Shown: positions 21,719 to 31,976 of the stretch, piece by piece
How the letters are laid out: every line of letters starts with the position of its first letter
How positions within the stretch are numbered: the first letter of the stretch is position 1
From: Sulfolobales archaeon HS-7
GTDB taxonomy: Archaea; Thermoproteota; Thermoprotei_A; Sulfolobales; Sulfolobaceae
Direction of reading: 5' to 3'
NCBI GenBank assembly: GCA_019704295.1
Contig: AP024596.1
Location: forward strand, 544,001 to 608,000
DNA length: 64,000 nucleotides
The notes under the pieces: model-generated
Told to the model about the DNA's origin: nothing
The model's database searches: none
What the model saw: only the letters and a program-made list of their open reading frames with translations
Program-made: the position numbers and the translations under genes

Positions 21719-22368
21719 CTCTCCAAAACTAACAGTATGTCGCGTCTCAATTTTGTCTCGTCAGTATAGGTTTGAGGATCTATTTTAGATAGTTCATTAG
21801 CAGGTCCGTTTAGTCCCATACTTTCTAGCCAATTCGAAAAATCGTTCTTGGTGGTATATCCCATAACTCTTCTGAATACGAAGTGGTAAACCAAACCTCT
21901 AGCTGTCATAGTTGAAACAGAGTCGAGCAACTGACCAGGTGTTTCCACCCTTATCCCTGTGTCGTAAACAATAGGTGTACAACTCAGAAATGAAAACGGG
22001 TATCTGGCAACCCTGCTCGCCGAAAATTGAGAGAGAATGTTTATGATGTCCTTTCTGACATCTTCAACAGTTCTGGGTTCTCCGCCGGATATGTCGGAAA
22101 CCATATCCGCTATATCCTCTTCTTCTAACTGTGTCCTAAACCAGAACGCGAAGTCGTTATGGAGATCATCAGGTATGATATGAGACGTAAATACTGGATG
22201 GAACACGTGATAGAATATGGATAAACCGTTTGCCTTCTTAAGTCCCTCTATGAACTCCTGTAGGGTATAAGCCCTTATTCCAGTGTATATGGGAGGATAA
22301 TACGCTGCCCTAATTTCTAAAGGAACGGGGGCCTTTTCATCCAACTTTGAAAATAGACTACTTCTCAT
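21706..22368 (-). CDS. orfY: DUF5752 / OrfY TreT-associated protein
   Basis: Duplicated IFYH..NDF.W motif; overlaps the start of treT. Confidence 0.8.
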   Translation of the reverse strand: MRSSLFSKLDEKAPVPLEIRAAYYPPIYTGIRAYTLQEFIEGLKKANGLSIFYHVFHPVFTSHIIPDDLHNDFAFWFRTQLEEEDIADMVSDISGGEPRTVEDVRKDIINILSQFSASRVARYPFSFLSCTPIVYDTGIRVETPGQLLDSVSTMTARGLVYHFVFRRVMGYTTKNDFSNWLESMGLNGPANELSKIDPQTYTDETKLRRDILLVLERWFL

Positions 22369-22530
22369 CGCTTAGGATCTAGTATTTAAAAAAATTTAAA
22401 TCCATAATCTTCAGAGAATTACGTTGTACTCCACGAGAAGCCCAGCATCGACTTCTACTCAACACTTTACAGTATTAATGATAAACCCTAAAAGTGTATT
22501 ATACATAGCATTGAGTTCTGGAGTATCCAA

Positions 22531-24381
22531 TTAGATCAGATGAGAGGCTATTACGAATTCCGCATGGGACCAAACTAGCGGGATAACAGAGGACGATTTA
22601 TATGTATACGGGTCGACTTGTTCAGGTAAAAGACCGGCCGGGTTAGCCCTCTCTATAACCCAGTTTATCAGTGACAACGCTCCGCTTACGTTACCTAGCA
22701 TAGAGTTGTACTCAGCCATCCAGAGTGTACATATTATCCAAGGATTCGGTTTATCCGAAGTCCTCCTATATGGATCGTTCTCATACCTAGCAATTCCTCC
22801 TCCTGATGAGAGCAACGACTTAACCGCATTCATAGTTGCCTGCGACACCTTATCAAAAGGATCAAACATGCCGAAGAAGATTGAGGCGTAAACGCTCGAA
22901 TCAATAGTCTTATCTGGTACTAAATTTTCATCTAATCTCCTGATCATTCTTCCATCACTAACCATCCTCTTCATTGTTTCGCTCTTTACTTCCTCAGCAA
23001 CTGTCAACATATCCTTAGCCAATATGTCATCACCCATATCATTTACCAGCCTAGAAGCAGTCGTCAACGCGCCGTAGATGGTAGCAACAGTATAGGTATG
23101 TACACCGAACCTCTCCTCCCATAGATCAAAGGATGGCTTTGGAAGACCTTCTTCCATATAATTCATTATAAATCTGATAGCTGGCTTAGTGAATCTTTTG
23201 TAAATTTTTACTAATTCGTCTAAATCTTTGTAAAGTTCGTAATGTTTACCAATTGCCCAGACGGTTAATGCAGTCTCGTCCTCTTGAATAGGTAAGATCT
23301 CCTTTCCTGAGAAAACCCAGGGATGCCAGGAACTTGCCAACGTCATATCGGGATTGTATTTTTGAAATAGATAGCCCTCATCAGTAGCCATGCCCGAGAT
23401 GAAATTTAAGTACCGTAGACTCAAATCGCTATAACCCGCCACATCTAGCGCATAGCTTGCGTATGCCGCATCTCTAGGCCAAATATAATTATAAGTATCG
23501 CCATAGAGGTGGGCGAACGAGTAGTCAGAGGACGCTATTATTGAACCGTTGTCTCCGAGATGAGAACGAAGAACTAGGAGACTTATCTCGTATTCATTCT
23601 TTAAGGACTCTATGACTTTTTTCGCCCGCTTCATCCAGCTCTGCCAGAAAAGGTATGCCATTCCAAGTTCGCCCTCCATTAACGTTATGTCGATATTTTT
23701 GAGCCTAGATCTAATCGCCGAGAGATCTTCTGCTAACGTAAGCACGTGATAAAACCTGGAGGAGCCTGAGGGAGATAATTCAATTCTTACTTGAATTATA
23801 GACTCCACATCTCCTTGCGCTATTGGATAACTAAACACCTCCTCCTTTTTTACCATGTTCTCAATATCACTTTTACCCATCGCAAAAGAGAAAAATTGAG
23901 GTGATATCGGAGACATTACTTTCATGCCTACATATCTTCTAGATTTATAGTGTATTATGGAAAATGTCTTAGGATCGTAAAAAGAGGTATCGCCAATTGG
24001 ATTTCCGTAAAGATCAAAGTCATTAAGAAAAAACAATGAGATCTTCTGTTCCTTTTCAGACTTATTCTCAATTTTGAAAACCCTAAACAGAGTAGGCTGA
24101 TCAAGTTCTAAGTAAGAATGTGTAGTTAAGGTTACCCGTTTGTCTTTACATTCCGTGAACACAACAAAGGTATTTCTCTCGTACCTTGACTCGCAATTCC
24201 CTCCAGCGAAGTCAATTTCCTCCCCATTACTGAAGATTAATATCCTTTGGGTCTTTCCGTTTGTATGATTTTCCATTCCTACGTGTGGGTAATACAGATC
24301 GATAATCTCTCCTTTTAAATCGAAATTAATTAAGACCTTGCCGTTTCCAAGACTTATTGCCCTTTCATCAGTTAGCAACAT
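22531..24381 (-). CDS. Glycoside hydrolase family 15 (glucoamylase-like)
   Basis: YIWPRDA, QEDET, DLWEE, LPEQ, PLVWSHAEF. Confidence 0.92.
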   Translation of the reverse strand: MLLTDERAISLGNGKVLINFDLKGEIIDLYYPHVGMENHTNGKTQRILIFSNGEEIDFAGGNCESRYERNTFVVFTECKDKRVTLTTHSYLELDQPTLFRVFKIENKSEKEQKISLFFLNDFDLYGNPIGDTSFYDPKTFSIIHYKSRRYVGMKVMSPISPQFFSFAMGKSDIENMVKKEEVFSYPIAQGDVESIIQVRIELSPSGSSRFYHVLTLAEDLSAIRSRLKNIDITLMEGELGMAYLFWQSWMKRAKKVIESLKNEYEISLLVLRSHLGDNGSIIASSDYSFAHLYGDTYNYIWPRDAAYASYALDVAGYSDLSLRYLNFISGMATDEGYLFQKYNPDMTLASSWHPWVFSGKEILPIQEDETALTVWAIGKHYELYKDLDELVKIYKRFTKPAIRFIMNYMEEGLPKPSFDLWEERFGVHTYTVATIYGALTTASRLVNDMGDDILAKDMLTVAEEVKSETMKRMVSDGRMIRRLDENLVPDKTIDSSVYASIFFGMFDPFDKVSQATMNAVKSLLSSGGGIARYENDPYRRTSDKPNPWIICTLWMAEYNSMLGNVSGALSLINWVIERANPAGLLPEQVDPYTYKSSSVIPLVWSHAEFVIASHLI

Positions 24382-24428
24382 GGAAAAGATATATTAATAC
24401 ATCGTTTAAAATATCTCTGTTGATAAAA

Positions 24429-24478
24429 ATGATGACGAACCTCCGAGCTCTATGTATGGCTGAAACGCTCTGGGCTGA
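24429..24478 (+). ncRNA. Candidate box C/D guide sRNA
   Basis: C box ATGATGA (24429-35), 12-nt spacer, weak D', C'-like TGGCTGA, 11-nt guide, D box CTGA (24475-78). Length 50 nt; TTTAAA lies about 24 nt upstream. Confidence 0.5.
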
Positions 24479-24490
24479 AGAGGGATTCCG

Positions 24491-24781
24491 GTGAGAAGAT
24501 TCCTTCTTTCCTCAAATAGGACCCTCACGTATGTAATAACGATAGTAGCTGGTATTATAACGAAGATCGGTACGGGTTCCGATAAACTGACCGCAGCCAT
24601 CTTTTTCATTTCACTATATCCCTTAATCTTTTTAGAGGTCTCAAACGAGGCAGAGTTGACACTAATGTTATTCAGATCTACCGGTTTGGTGCTTTTACTT
24701 AGCATATCACTTGTTTTCTTACTTATAGCACGAGGAGGCCAAAAAGTAGCTAGAATATTTAGAAAAGGGTTTTTAAAATAA
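24491..24781 (+). CDS. Small hypothetical membrane protein
   Basis: 96 aa with three hydrophobic segments; GTG start. Confidence 0.45.
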   Translation: MRRFLLSSNRTLTYVITIVAGIITKIGTGSDKLTAAIFFISLYPLIFLEVSNEAELTLMLFRSTGLVLLLSISLVFLLIARGGQKVARIFRKGFLK

Positions 24782-24803
24782 TAGTAGTTTTATCTTAAAT
24801 AAG

Positions 24804-24875
24804 GGTTAGGGGGAGGAAGCCACTTGATGAAACTCCCTGTGTCGTGATTGGTAGGTAGGCTTCCTAGCCTAAGGG
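24804..24875 (+). ncRNA. Candidate hairpin sRNA with a K-turn-like motif
   Basis: TTAGG/CCTAA and GGAAGCC/GGCTTCC stems enclose TGATGA...GTGA; GC-rich island in AT-rich DNA; TTTTTAAA lies about 30 nt upstream. Confidence 0.4.
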
Positions 24876-25035
24876 AAGGAGTGATAAGGTTAAGTAACTA
24901 GTATTCACGAGAAGTAAGTGCTAATTACGATAAACGCAGAACTCTAATTTATGGCGGTAATACCCGGTGAAATATGCAAACAAGATTTTTCATTAACAGG
25001 AATTATTAACCTAATTTTTGAAATTCTTGATTATC

Positions 25036-26085
25036 TTATATCGAGTTTAATAGAACGTCTTCGACCTTTTCAATTTGCTCGTTTGTCCCTATCGATATTC
25101 TATAAAGTCCATCATTTACTCTCCTTATTGCAATTCCGTGAGAGAACAGCAGGGATTTCAGATCCCTAGCGTCCTTAATAAGTATAAAATTGGTAACGGA
25201 GTCATATACCTTAAATCCGGCGCGTCTAAGCTTCTCAGTGAAGTTAGACCTGATCTTCGATATTATCGTGGCGTTTTCTAGAGCATATGACGGATCCAGT
25301 AGGGCCTCTATTGCACCCTCCAAAGAAGGGGCTGACACATCAAAAGGTGTAGTCGCTTTTCTTAGCGCATTGGTTATGTTTTCATTAGTAACGAGATAAC
25401 CGACCCTGAAGCCCGCCATTCCAAAAGCTTTACTAAAAGTTCTAATTACTATTAGGTTATCGTATTTATCAACTAGTCTAGTTACAGAGTATCCGGCGAA
25501 CTCGTGATACGCTTCATCAACCACTACTAGCCCATTAGTGGTCTCCAGAATTTCCCTTATTTCCTCCTCTTTTCCACCGAATATTTTAGCGCCAGTAGGA
25601 TTATTGGGATCATCAATAAAGGTTACTTTAGCGTCTCTAACACTGTTAACCAAAGCGTCTGTGTCCGCTCTCCATGTGTAGTTTTCTTCAATCAGGTTCA
25701 CTTTAGTTAAACGCAACTCCTTAACAGAAGAATACACAGAGTACATTGAGTAGCTGGGGAAATTAACCACAGCCTTTTCTCCTCTCCTTAATAAGTTATT
25801 GACGATCAGGCGTATTGCACCATCCCCTCCAGGAGTAGGTATTACGTTTTCTGACTTAACCCCACAGTACCTCCCTGCGAGTACCTTAAACATTTCGACT
25901 CTTTCTGGATTGGGATATCTATTGCCTTCCCTCGCAACCTCAACTATTCTCTTAATCACTCTCTCAGATGGGGAAAAGGGTGATTCATTAAGGTGAAGCC
26001 GTATTATATCGTTATAATCTGTAAAATCGTAAGTCTGAAGTCCTCTTAGGTACTTCAACCTATTATCAAGTTCCTCATTTATCAT
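25036..26085 (-). CDS. hisC: Histidinol-phosphate aminotransferase
   Basis: LHLNESP, PNNPTG, DEAY, RTFSKAFGMAGFRVGY. Confidence 0.85.
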   Translation of the reverse strand: MINEELDNRLKYLRGLQTYDFTDYNDIIRLHLNESPFSPSERVIKRIVEVAREGNRYPNPERVEMFKVLAGRYCGVKSENVIPTPGGDGAIRLIVNNLLRRGEKAVVNFPSYSMYSVYSSVKELRLTKVNLIEENYTWRADTDALVNSVRDAKVTFIDDPNNPTGAKIFGGKEEEIREILETTNGLVVVDEAYHEFAGYSVTRLVDKYDNLIVIRTFSKAFGMAGFRVGYLVTNENITNALRKATTPFDVSAPSLEGAIEALLDPSYALENATIISKIRSNFTEKLRRAGFKVYDSVTNFILIKDARDLKSLLFSHGIAIRRVNDGLYRISIGTNEQIEKVEDVLLNSI

Positions 26086-26127
26086 GATCGAACATTAATG
26101 TTATTTACGTACATCGTAAAATAATTT

Positions 26128-26697
26128 TTGATGTCGCTAGTAGAGAAGGTGACTAGTGAGAGGACTCAAATCGTCTCATATTATAATCTACCTAAGTTGA
26201 CTATTGTAATTGAGGTTGCAAAGGCTGTGTCTAAGGAAAAACCTGTCTGTATATTTAACTTTGAGATATTGCAGAATATGATAACAGGGGAGGATATCAA
26301 GCTCTCATGTGTACCGGACTCTTACATAATTCAGATAGAACCGGAAGTAGTCAACCCTCGTTCAAACCTCGTTACCCTGATCAAGCCGACTAAGGGGTTT
26401 TTCCTAATTTCAGTCTCAAAGGTAGGTGATAGTAGATATTTAGCAGAAGGTGAGGATGGGTGGAAATGCTATTTCAAAATAACCGGGAACAGGTTAGAGG
26501 AAATTAAGCCAAGTAACGTCCAAGTCGAAATACTGAAACTCATTAGGGAAAACGGTTCCATGAAGATGAGGGACATTGTGGAGATAGTATCGAGGAGAAG
26601 CGGTATAGATAGGCAATGCATTAGAGAGGAAATAGGTGAACTCCTAAGGCGAAAAGCCGTAAAAATGGAAAAAGGCGTGGTTACTCCAGAAGAATAG
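26128..26697 (+). CDS. Hypothetical protein with C-terminal winged HTH
   Basis: EILKLIRENGSMKMRDIVEIV...IREEIGELLRRKAV wHTH pattern. Confidence 0.65.
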   Translation: MMSLVEKVTSERTQIVSYYNLPKLTIVIEVAKAVSKEKPVCIFNFEILQNMITGEDIKLSCVPDSYIIQIEPEVVNPRSNLVTLIKPTKGFFLISVSKVGDSRYLAEGEDGWKCYFKITGNRLEEIKPSNVQVEILKLIRENGSMKMRDIVEIVSRRSGIDRQCIREEIGELLRRKAVKMEKGVVTPEE

Positions 26698-29506
26698 CAG
26701 GTCTCAAGGGTATAGCAACTTTTCCAGTAAGATTTGTACCCTCACTTATTTCTATCTTATCCATTCCCGTTCTTCGCTTTATGAATTCGAGATTATCCCT
26801 TATGATATTATACTCGTTAAATTCATTTTCTAATAGGAACTTTCTGAACTCGGGTTCTAACTGGGTTACGACGTCGTAAAGTCTTTGAAGTGCCTTTACG
26901 TCAATCCTCTCCTCTTTTACGACTTCCCTTACGAACTCCTTAAATCCTCCTCCTTTTTCTAGGGAGTTAATGCACGTCCTGAGCAGTTTCATGTTATCCG
27001 AGAACGTTAATTTAGCAGTTTTCCCCTTCTTAATTTCCATTATCGACTGTATATCGGAAATGACCGAGTCGATATAATACTTAATCAGGAGCACATTAAC
27101 ATCGTACTCCTTATTCTCTGGCCATTTAGCATTGATGACAAAACCCTGTCCACCGTAAAGGTGCCATATTTCCTCCGATATATATGGAGCGAAGGGGGAT
27201 AACATAATCGCTAAGTTTTCGAAGAATTCCCTGATAACCTCTTGATTGGGTTCTTGACCAACAGATCTAACCCACTCGAGGTACTCATCATAGTACCTTT
27301 CCATCATGAAAAACGCGTCATTAACAGCTCCTCTGAAATCAAGGGTTTCCATTTCATCACTTACCTTTTTCACCGTTTTCTTTACAATAGAACTTAACCA
27401 CTTATCCTGAAGAGTGCAATACCGTTTTCTATTAGTGTCAAGTCCCTCTTTTGCCGATTGATAGATTTTCTTCAATTTACTGTTAATACTCTTGGCTAGA
27501 TCATCAGTGAAGTTTGCGTCAGACCACAAATCCGCTACACCTACTAACACAAGTCTGACCGTGTCAGGTCCGTACTTCTTAATAGCCTGTTCCAGAGGGA
27601 CGATATTCCTAAGTGATTTACTCATCTTTTTTCCCTCATACAGAATAAAGCCGTTTACGACTATTGACTTTGGCCATAGTTCCCTTGGAAACACCGCCAC
27701 GTGGTTAAACACGAAAAACGAAAGGTGATTAGCTATTAAGTCCTTTCCGCTGTGCCTGGAATCCAAGGGATACCAGTAGACGAATTCATCTCTCATCCTT
27801 TCCAACAATTGCCTATCGATCTTGTTCTCCTCAGACACCTTAACCGGGTCGCCTATACCAAGGAAAACGTAATCCCATAGGGATTGACTTAACTGAGAAG
27901 CCCTTATCTCATTCTCCTTTATTATGTGTGCAACGCAGTAAAAGGCCATGTAAATCGTAGAATCACTTAGGCTTTCTATTATCCACTTTCTATCCCATGG
28001 AAAGGGAGTTCCCAATCCTCTCGTTCTAGCACATGCCCTTCTATCAAGCCAATCGAAAACTGCCTCGAACTCCTTCCTTGCCTCTTGAGGGAATATCTGC
28101 ATTGCACTAAGGTATTCCTTTGCAGTCTTTTTCCACTCCGCGTTCCCGTAGTCTATAAACCACTGATCTTTAACCACATGAACTACAATCTCATTCCCGC
28201 ACCTACAGTAAACAGGCCTGTTCATTATCTCTAAAACTTTCGTACCGAGGCCTTTCTCAAGGATAAATTTCTTTACCACATCCCTAGCCTTTGGGACAGG
28301 CTGTTCAGCGATCATTGACGTTAATTCAGTATTTCCATTAACCAGTTTGCCGAGATCTTTTCTCATTTTTCCTGTGTTAAACTCCAACCTGTATAACTCC
28401 TTAGTTGCCTCCTCCAACTGTTCGTCGTTTTTGGGCTTCTTATCCTCCACTATTTTCTTAGCCGGAATCTCCCCTAGCGAATTCACTTCTATTACGGGAA
28501 TTGGGTTTACGTTCTTTCCCTCTTTAAGCAAGTAGTAATAGTCGAATGGCGCATGGGCGGGGACGCTCATAACTACCCCTGTCGCAGTTTTCGGATCAAC
28601 GAACGATGCGCCAATCACCTTCACTTTATTACCAGTTACCGGATTCATTACCTCCCTTCCGACCAGTTCTGCTCCCTTTAGGGCGACGCCCGTTTCCTTC
28701 ATATTCATCTGAAAGGAGAGTCTCTGGAAAGCCTTCCTAGAGATCCACCAATTACTTCCGTCTACTTCTACTTTAATGTAATCCTCCTTGGGATTGATCC
28801 AAAGGTTCGTTGCTCCGAATATCGTTTCTGGTCTTAACGTAGCAACGGGAAACACTCCATCTTCCGATTGAAAGAAAATAACTGTAAACTCGCCTATTTC
28901 AGGTTCCACATCGGACTTGGTATCATGCATGCCCACTGGCGTGTTATGAATAGGACACCAACCTACTGGATGTTCTCCCGTGACGATGAAGTTTTTTCCC
29001 TTCAGTTTAGAGAATTGCCATACAACCATCGCTGAGAACTCCGGATTGATGGAGGTAAATTCCCTTCTCCAATCTATGGAAAGACCTAGTTTTCTAAATC
29101 CCCTTTCAAATTCTCCCTTAAAGTAGTTAGCCATATATAGCGGATCGGCAAGCTTGGGTATTACGTCTTTGGGGATTTTATACAAGTTCTCGAAGATATC
29201 TATAAGCTCCTTGTCCCCCTTAGCTATATCATCAGCCATAGTAATAATCGGTGTCCCAGTAAAGTGAAAACCCATGGGAAAGAGGACGTTATACCCTCTA
29301 CTTCTCTTGTATCTCGCGAGGACGTCAGCTGTTACATATGTTCTGCCATGACCTATATGAGGTGGGCTGTTAGGATAGGGAAAGGCTGCCGTTACAAAGA
29401 ACTTCTTTCTTCCAGGTTCAGGTTCGGCATTGTGCACTCTGTTCTTTTCCCATTCGGCCTCCCATTTTCCGTAAATTGAAGAAAATTCGTCAATGTCATT
29501 CGTCAT
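26681..29506 (-). CDS. leuS: Leucine--tRNA ligase
   Basis: HIGH and KMSKS motifs; editing-domain TLRPET and GVVMSVPAHAPFD. Confidence 0.97.
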   Translation of the reverse strand: MTNDIDEFSSIYGKWEAEWEKNRVHNAEPEPGRKKFFVTAAFPYPNSPPHIGHGRTYVTADVLARYKRSRGYNVLFPMGFHFTGTPIITMADDIAKGDKELIDIFENLYKIPKDVIPKLADPLYMANYFKGEFERGFRKLGLSIDWRREFTSINPEFSAMVVWQFSKLKGKNFIVTGEHPVGWCPIHNTPVGMHDTKSDVEPEIGEFTVIFFQSEDGVFPVATLRPETIFGATNLWINPKEDYIKVEVDGSNWWISRKAFQRLSFQMNMKETGVALKGAELVGREVMNPVTGNKVKVIGASFVDPKTATGVVMSVPAHAPFDYYYLLKEGKNVNPIPVIEVNSLGEIPAKKIVEDKKPKNDEQLEEATKELYRLEFNTGKMRKDLGKLVNGNTELTSMIAEQPVPKARDVVKKFILEKGLGTKVLEIMNRPVYCRCGNEIVVHVVKDQWFIDYGNAEWKKTAKEYLSAMQIFPQEARKEFEAVFDWLDRRACARTRGLGTPFPWDRKWIIESLSDSTIYMAFYCVAHIIKENEIRASQLSQSLWDYVFLGIGDPVKVSEENKIDRQLLERMRDEFVYWYPLDSRHSGKDLIANHLSFFVFNHVAVFPRELWPKSIVVNGFILYEGKKMSKSLRNIVPLEQAIKKYGPDTVRLVLVGVADLWSDANFTDDLAKSINSKLKKIYQSAKEGLDTNRKRYCTLQDKWLSSIVKKTVKKVSDEMETLDFRGAVNDAFFMMERYYDEYLEWVRSVGQEPNQEVIREFFENLAIMLSPFAPYISEEIWHLYGGQGFVINAKWPENKEYDVNVLLIKYYIDSVISDIQSIMEIKKGKTAKLTFSDNMKLLRTCINSLEKGGGFKEFVREVVKEERIDVKALQRLYDVVTQLEPEFRKFLLENEFNEYNIIRDNLEFIKRRTGMDKIEISEGTNLTGKVAIPLRPAILLE

Positions 29507-29561
29507 GGTGTTAATAATATAACAAGCAAAATTTAAAGATATACTTCCGTGTTAGTTCACA

Positions 29562-30014
29562 TTGAGTAAATACATACCAAGAGATTCAAACCTCTTCTCA
29601 ATAATTAATGATATAGAAGAGCTTATTGCTAGGATTGAGCTAGCAAAGATAAAGGGTAACGATGAACAACTCTCCCAGGAATTATACAAAGTCCAAGGAG
29701 AGCTATTGCTAATTCAGAGAAAACTGTTAGGAGGTAATGAGGATATCAAGCAGTTAGTGAACAGGATTCGCGATAAGGTGGATGACTACAAGTCCAAAAT
29801 ATCCCCACCCAATCGATACGTAATGCCGAGCTCTTCCGAGAGCTTGATTTATCTGGATCTGACAAGGATATTTGCCAGGAAAATTGAAAATTCCCTTCTC
29901 AAATATAGAAAGGAGGATCAGGGAGTTGATACGTTTATAATAACATACATGGAAATGCTTTCACTACTTCTATTTTACATGCGCCTCTACATCGAAGGGA
30001 AAAAGGAAATTTAG
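29562..30014 (+). CDS. PduO-like (cobalamin adenosyltransferase fold) protein, degenerate
   Basis: RDS..IND IEELIARI, YVMPS and RIFARKIE align with the PduO helical bundle, but the N-terminal TGDxG motif is absent. Confidence 0.65.
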   Translation: MSKYIPRDSNLFSIINDIEELIARIELAKIKGNDEQLSQELYKVQGELLLIQRKLLGGNEDIKQLVNRIRDKVDDYKSKISPPNRYVMPSSSESLIYLDLTRIFARKIENSLLKYRKEDQGVDTFIITYMEMLSLLLFYMRLYIEGKKEI

Positions 30015-30376
30015 GTTTAACTGGGAATAATGAGGTACACTTTTAAGTAAATTATTTCGATCTTACGTACATGGCATCTACACATAGCGATTTCTTGTTT
30101 CTCACTAAAATCTAGATCCTGTAGAGGAGATTGGACAGAACCTTTCTATCACGACTTTCGGAAGACGGGTTTACGAAAGAGTCCAAACCCTTGAGTTCCC
30201 CATTCCATCGATATAACTTAGCTTTTAGGGCTAAGATCTAAGACATGTTACGGTTTCTCGTGTGATAATAGTATTTCCAATACAAGCTGTCCATCCTTAC
30301 GGATCTTTCCTTTTCCCTAACCTTCGTCATAGATAAAAGATAAAATTAACATTTACGTATAGTATAGGGATATATT

Positions 30377-30643
30377 GTGGCAGTGAAGAAGTTAGTGCTC
30401 GATGTTCTGAAACCGATAAAAGGGAGAACAATAATATCGATAGCGGATAGGTTGGCTAATTTAGACGGAATAACGACAGTTAACATATCGGTTACCGACA
30501 TGGATGTAGAGACAATGGGATTGAGCATCTTAATTGAGGGAGAGAATATAGTTTTTGATAAAATAGCTGAGGTACTAGAGGAGGAGGGGTGTGCAATACA
30601 TAGCATAGATCAAGTTATAAGTCAAGGAACCCGTGGGAAATAA
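30377..30643 (+). CDS. DUF211 family protein
   Basis: LVLDVLKP...[10 protein letters not shown] signature. Confidence 0.85.
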   Translation: MAVKKLVLDVLKPIKGRTIISIADRLANLDGITTVNISVTDMDVETMGLSILIEGENIVFDKIAEVLEEEGCAIHSIDQVISQGTRGK

Positions 30644-31596
30644 TGATTTGTGATAAATGCAAAAATAAGAATGCGGTCGTATATCAGCCTCACATCAGAT
30701 CAAACTTGTGCAGAGAATGTTTCATTAATGATATCAGAGAAAGAGTTAAGAACGAGCTAAGGCAGGCAGGAGTAAATAAGAATTCGAAGGTTCTATTAGC
30801 TGTCTCGGGAGGGAAGGACAGTTACGTTCTTATGGATGTGTTGTCGGACTATTTTGAGCCAAGTAATATCATCGCTTTGAACATAACGGAAGGAATAAAC
30901 GGATATAACAGGAGAGAACATGCGGAACAGTTAAAGAGAATTTCAAAGGAGAATGGAGTTGATATTTCCTTTACTAGTTTTAAGGAAGAAATTGGTAAGT
31001 CCTTAGACGAGATAATGGTTAGAAACCAAAGCGTGTCTGCATGTACCTTTTGTGGAGGATTCAGAAGGAAAATAATTAACTCAACGGCTAGGAACGCTTC
31101 TGCAGATTACGTTGCAACGGGGCATAATCTAGATGATGAGGCTCAAACGGTTATTATTAATATTCTTCGCGGCGACCTAATTCGCCTAGTAAGGTTTGGC
31201 GACCTCCCATTGAAAGTTTCAGATAAATTCGTTACCCGGATAAAACCCCTTAGAAAGATTTACGAATGGGAAACTACTATGTACTCTTTTCTGAACGGCT
31301 ATAAGTTTCAGGAAGTGGAATGTCCTTACATATCGAGAAGACCAACCCTAAGAGCCAAAGTAAGAGAATTGCTATATTCCATTGAGGAAGAAGATCCAGG
31401 TGCATTACTTAAAATCGTGGATAATTTCGATAGAATAGCGGAAGGGCTGAGGAAGACTATTAGTCTTGATAGCAATTTACCTACATGTAAAATTTGCGGA
31501 GAGCCTACAAGCTATGGACGTGATATATGTAAGAATTGCGAGCTTTTGCTAGAATCGGGTATATTGCAGGGAGAGTTACTCCGCCTTAATCGATAG
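30643..31596 (+). CDS. tRNA 2-thiolation protein (TIGR00269; TtuA/NcsA/Ctu1 family)
   Basis: PP-loop [22 protein letters not shown], and N- and C-terminal Zn fingers. Confidence 0.9.
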   Translation: MICDKCKNKNAVVYQPHIRSNLCRECFINDIRERVKNELRQAGVNKNSKVLLAVSGGKDSYVLMDVLSDYFEPSNIIALNITEGINGYNRREHAEQLKRISKENGVDISFTSFKEEIGKSLDEIMVRNQSVSACTFCGGFRRKIINSTARNASADYVATGHNLDDEAQTVIINILRGDLIRLVRFGDLPLKVSDKFVTRIKPLRKIYEWETTMYSFLNGYKFQEVECPYISRRPTLRAKVRELLYSIEEEDPGALLKIVDNFDRIAEGLRKTISLDSNLPTCKICGEPTSYGRDICKNCELLLESGILQGELLRLNR

Positions 31597-31976
31597 CTCC
31601 GAAACAGTTTTTCCCTTTTATGATTAAAATAGCAATATACTCCTCATATCATATTAGTTCCCATATTGGCCAAAATTGCTTATACCTGAGGTTTATGAGT
31701 AGGGAATTAGACCCAGTTCGTAACAACTCCGCGTCAAGCTGTCCTTTTGAAGGAGTTCATACGGGAGACGGTCCCTTCCGCCTGAAGCGTCTGGTAAGAT
31801 AAGAAACCCTACGGGCATAAGCTATTTGTGGAACTTCTCTTAACTATCCGTTTGTTGAAAGGTCCCGCAACCTTAGCTAACATTATGCTCGAAATCCTCC
31901 CAAAACGTTTAAATGCTAAATTTCACTATTAAGTTAAACCTAATTTTAATAGAGTATAAGAAATAGGATAAGGACA

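Noticed and set aside
30015-30330. Possible decayed gene between the PduO-like gene and DUF211 (also 31600-31900 and 16380-17100)
   Set aside because: Only short interrupted frames with no recognisable motif.
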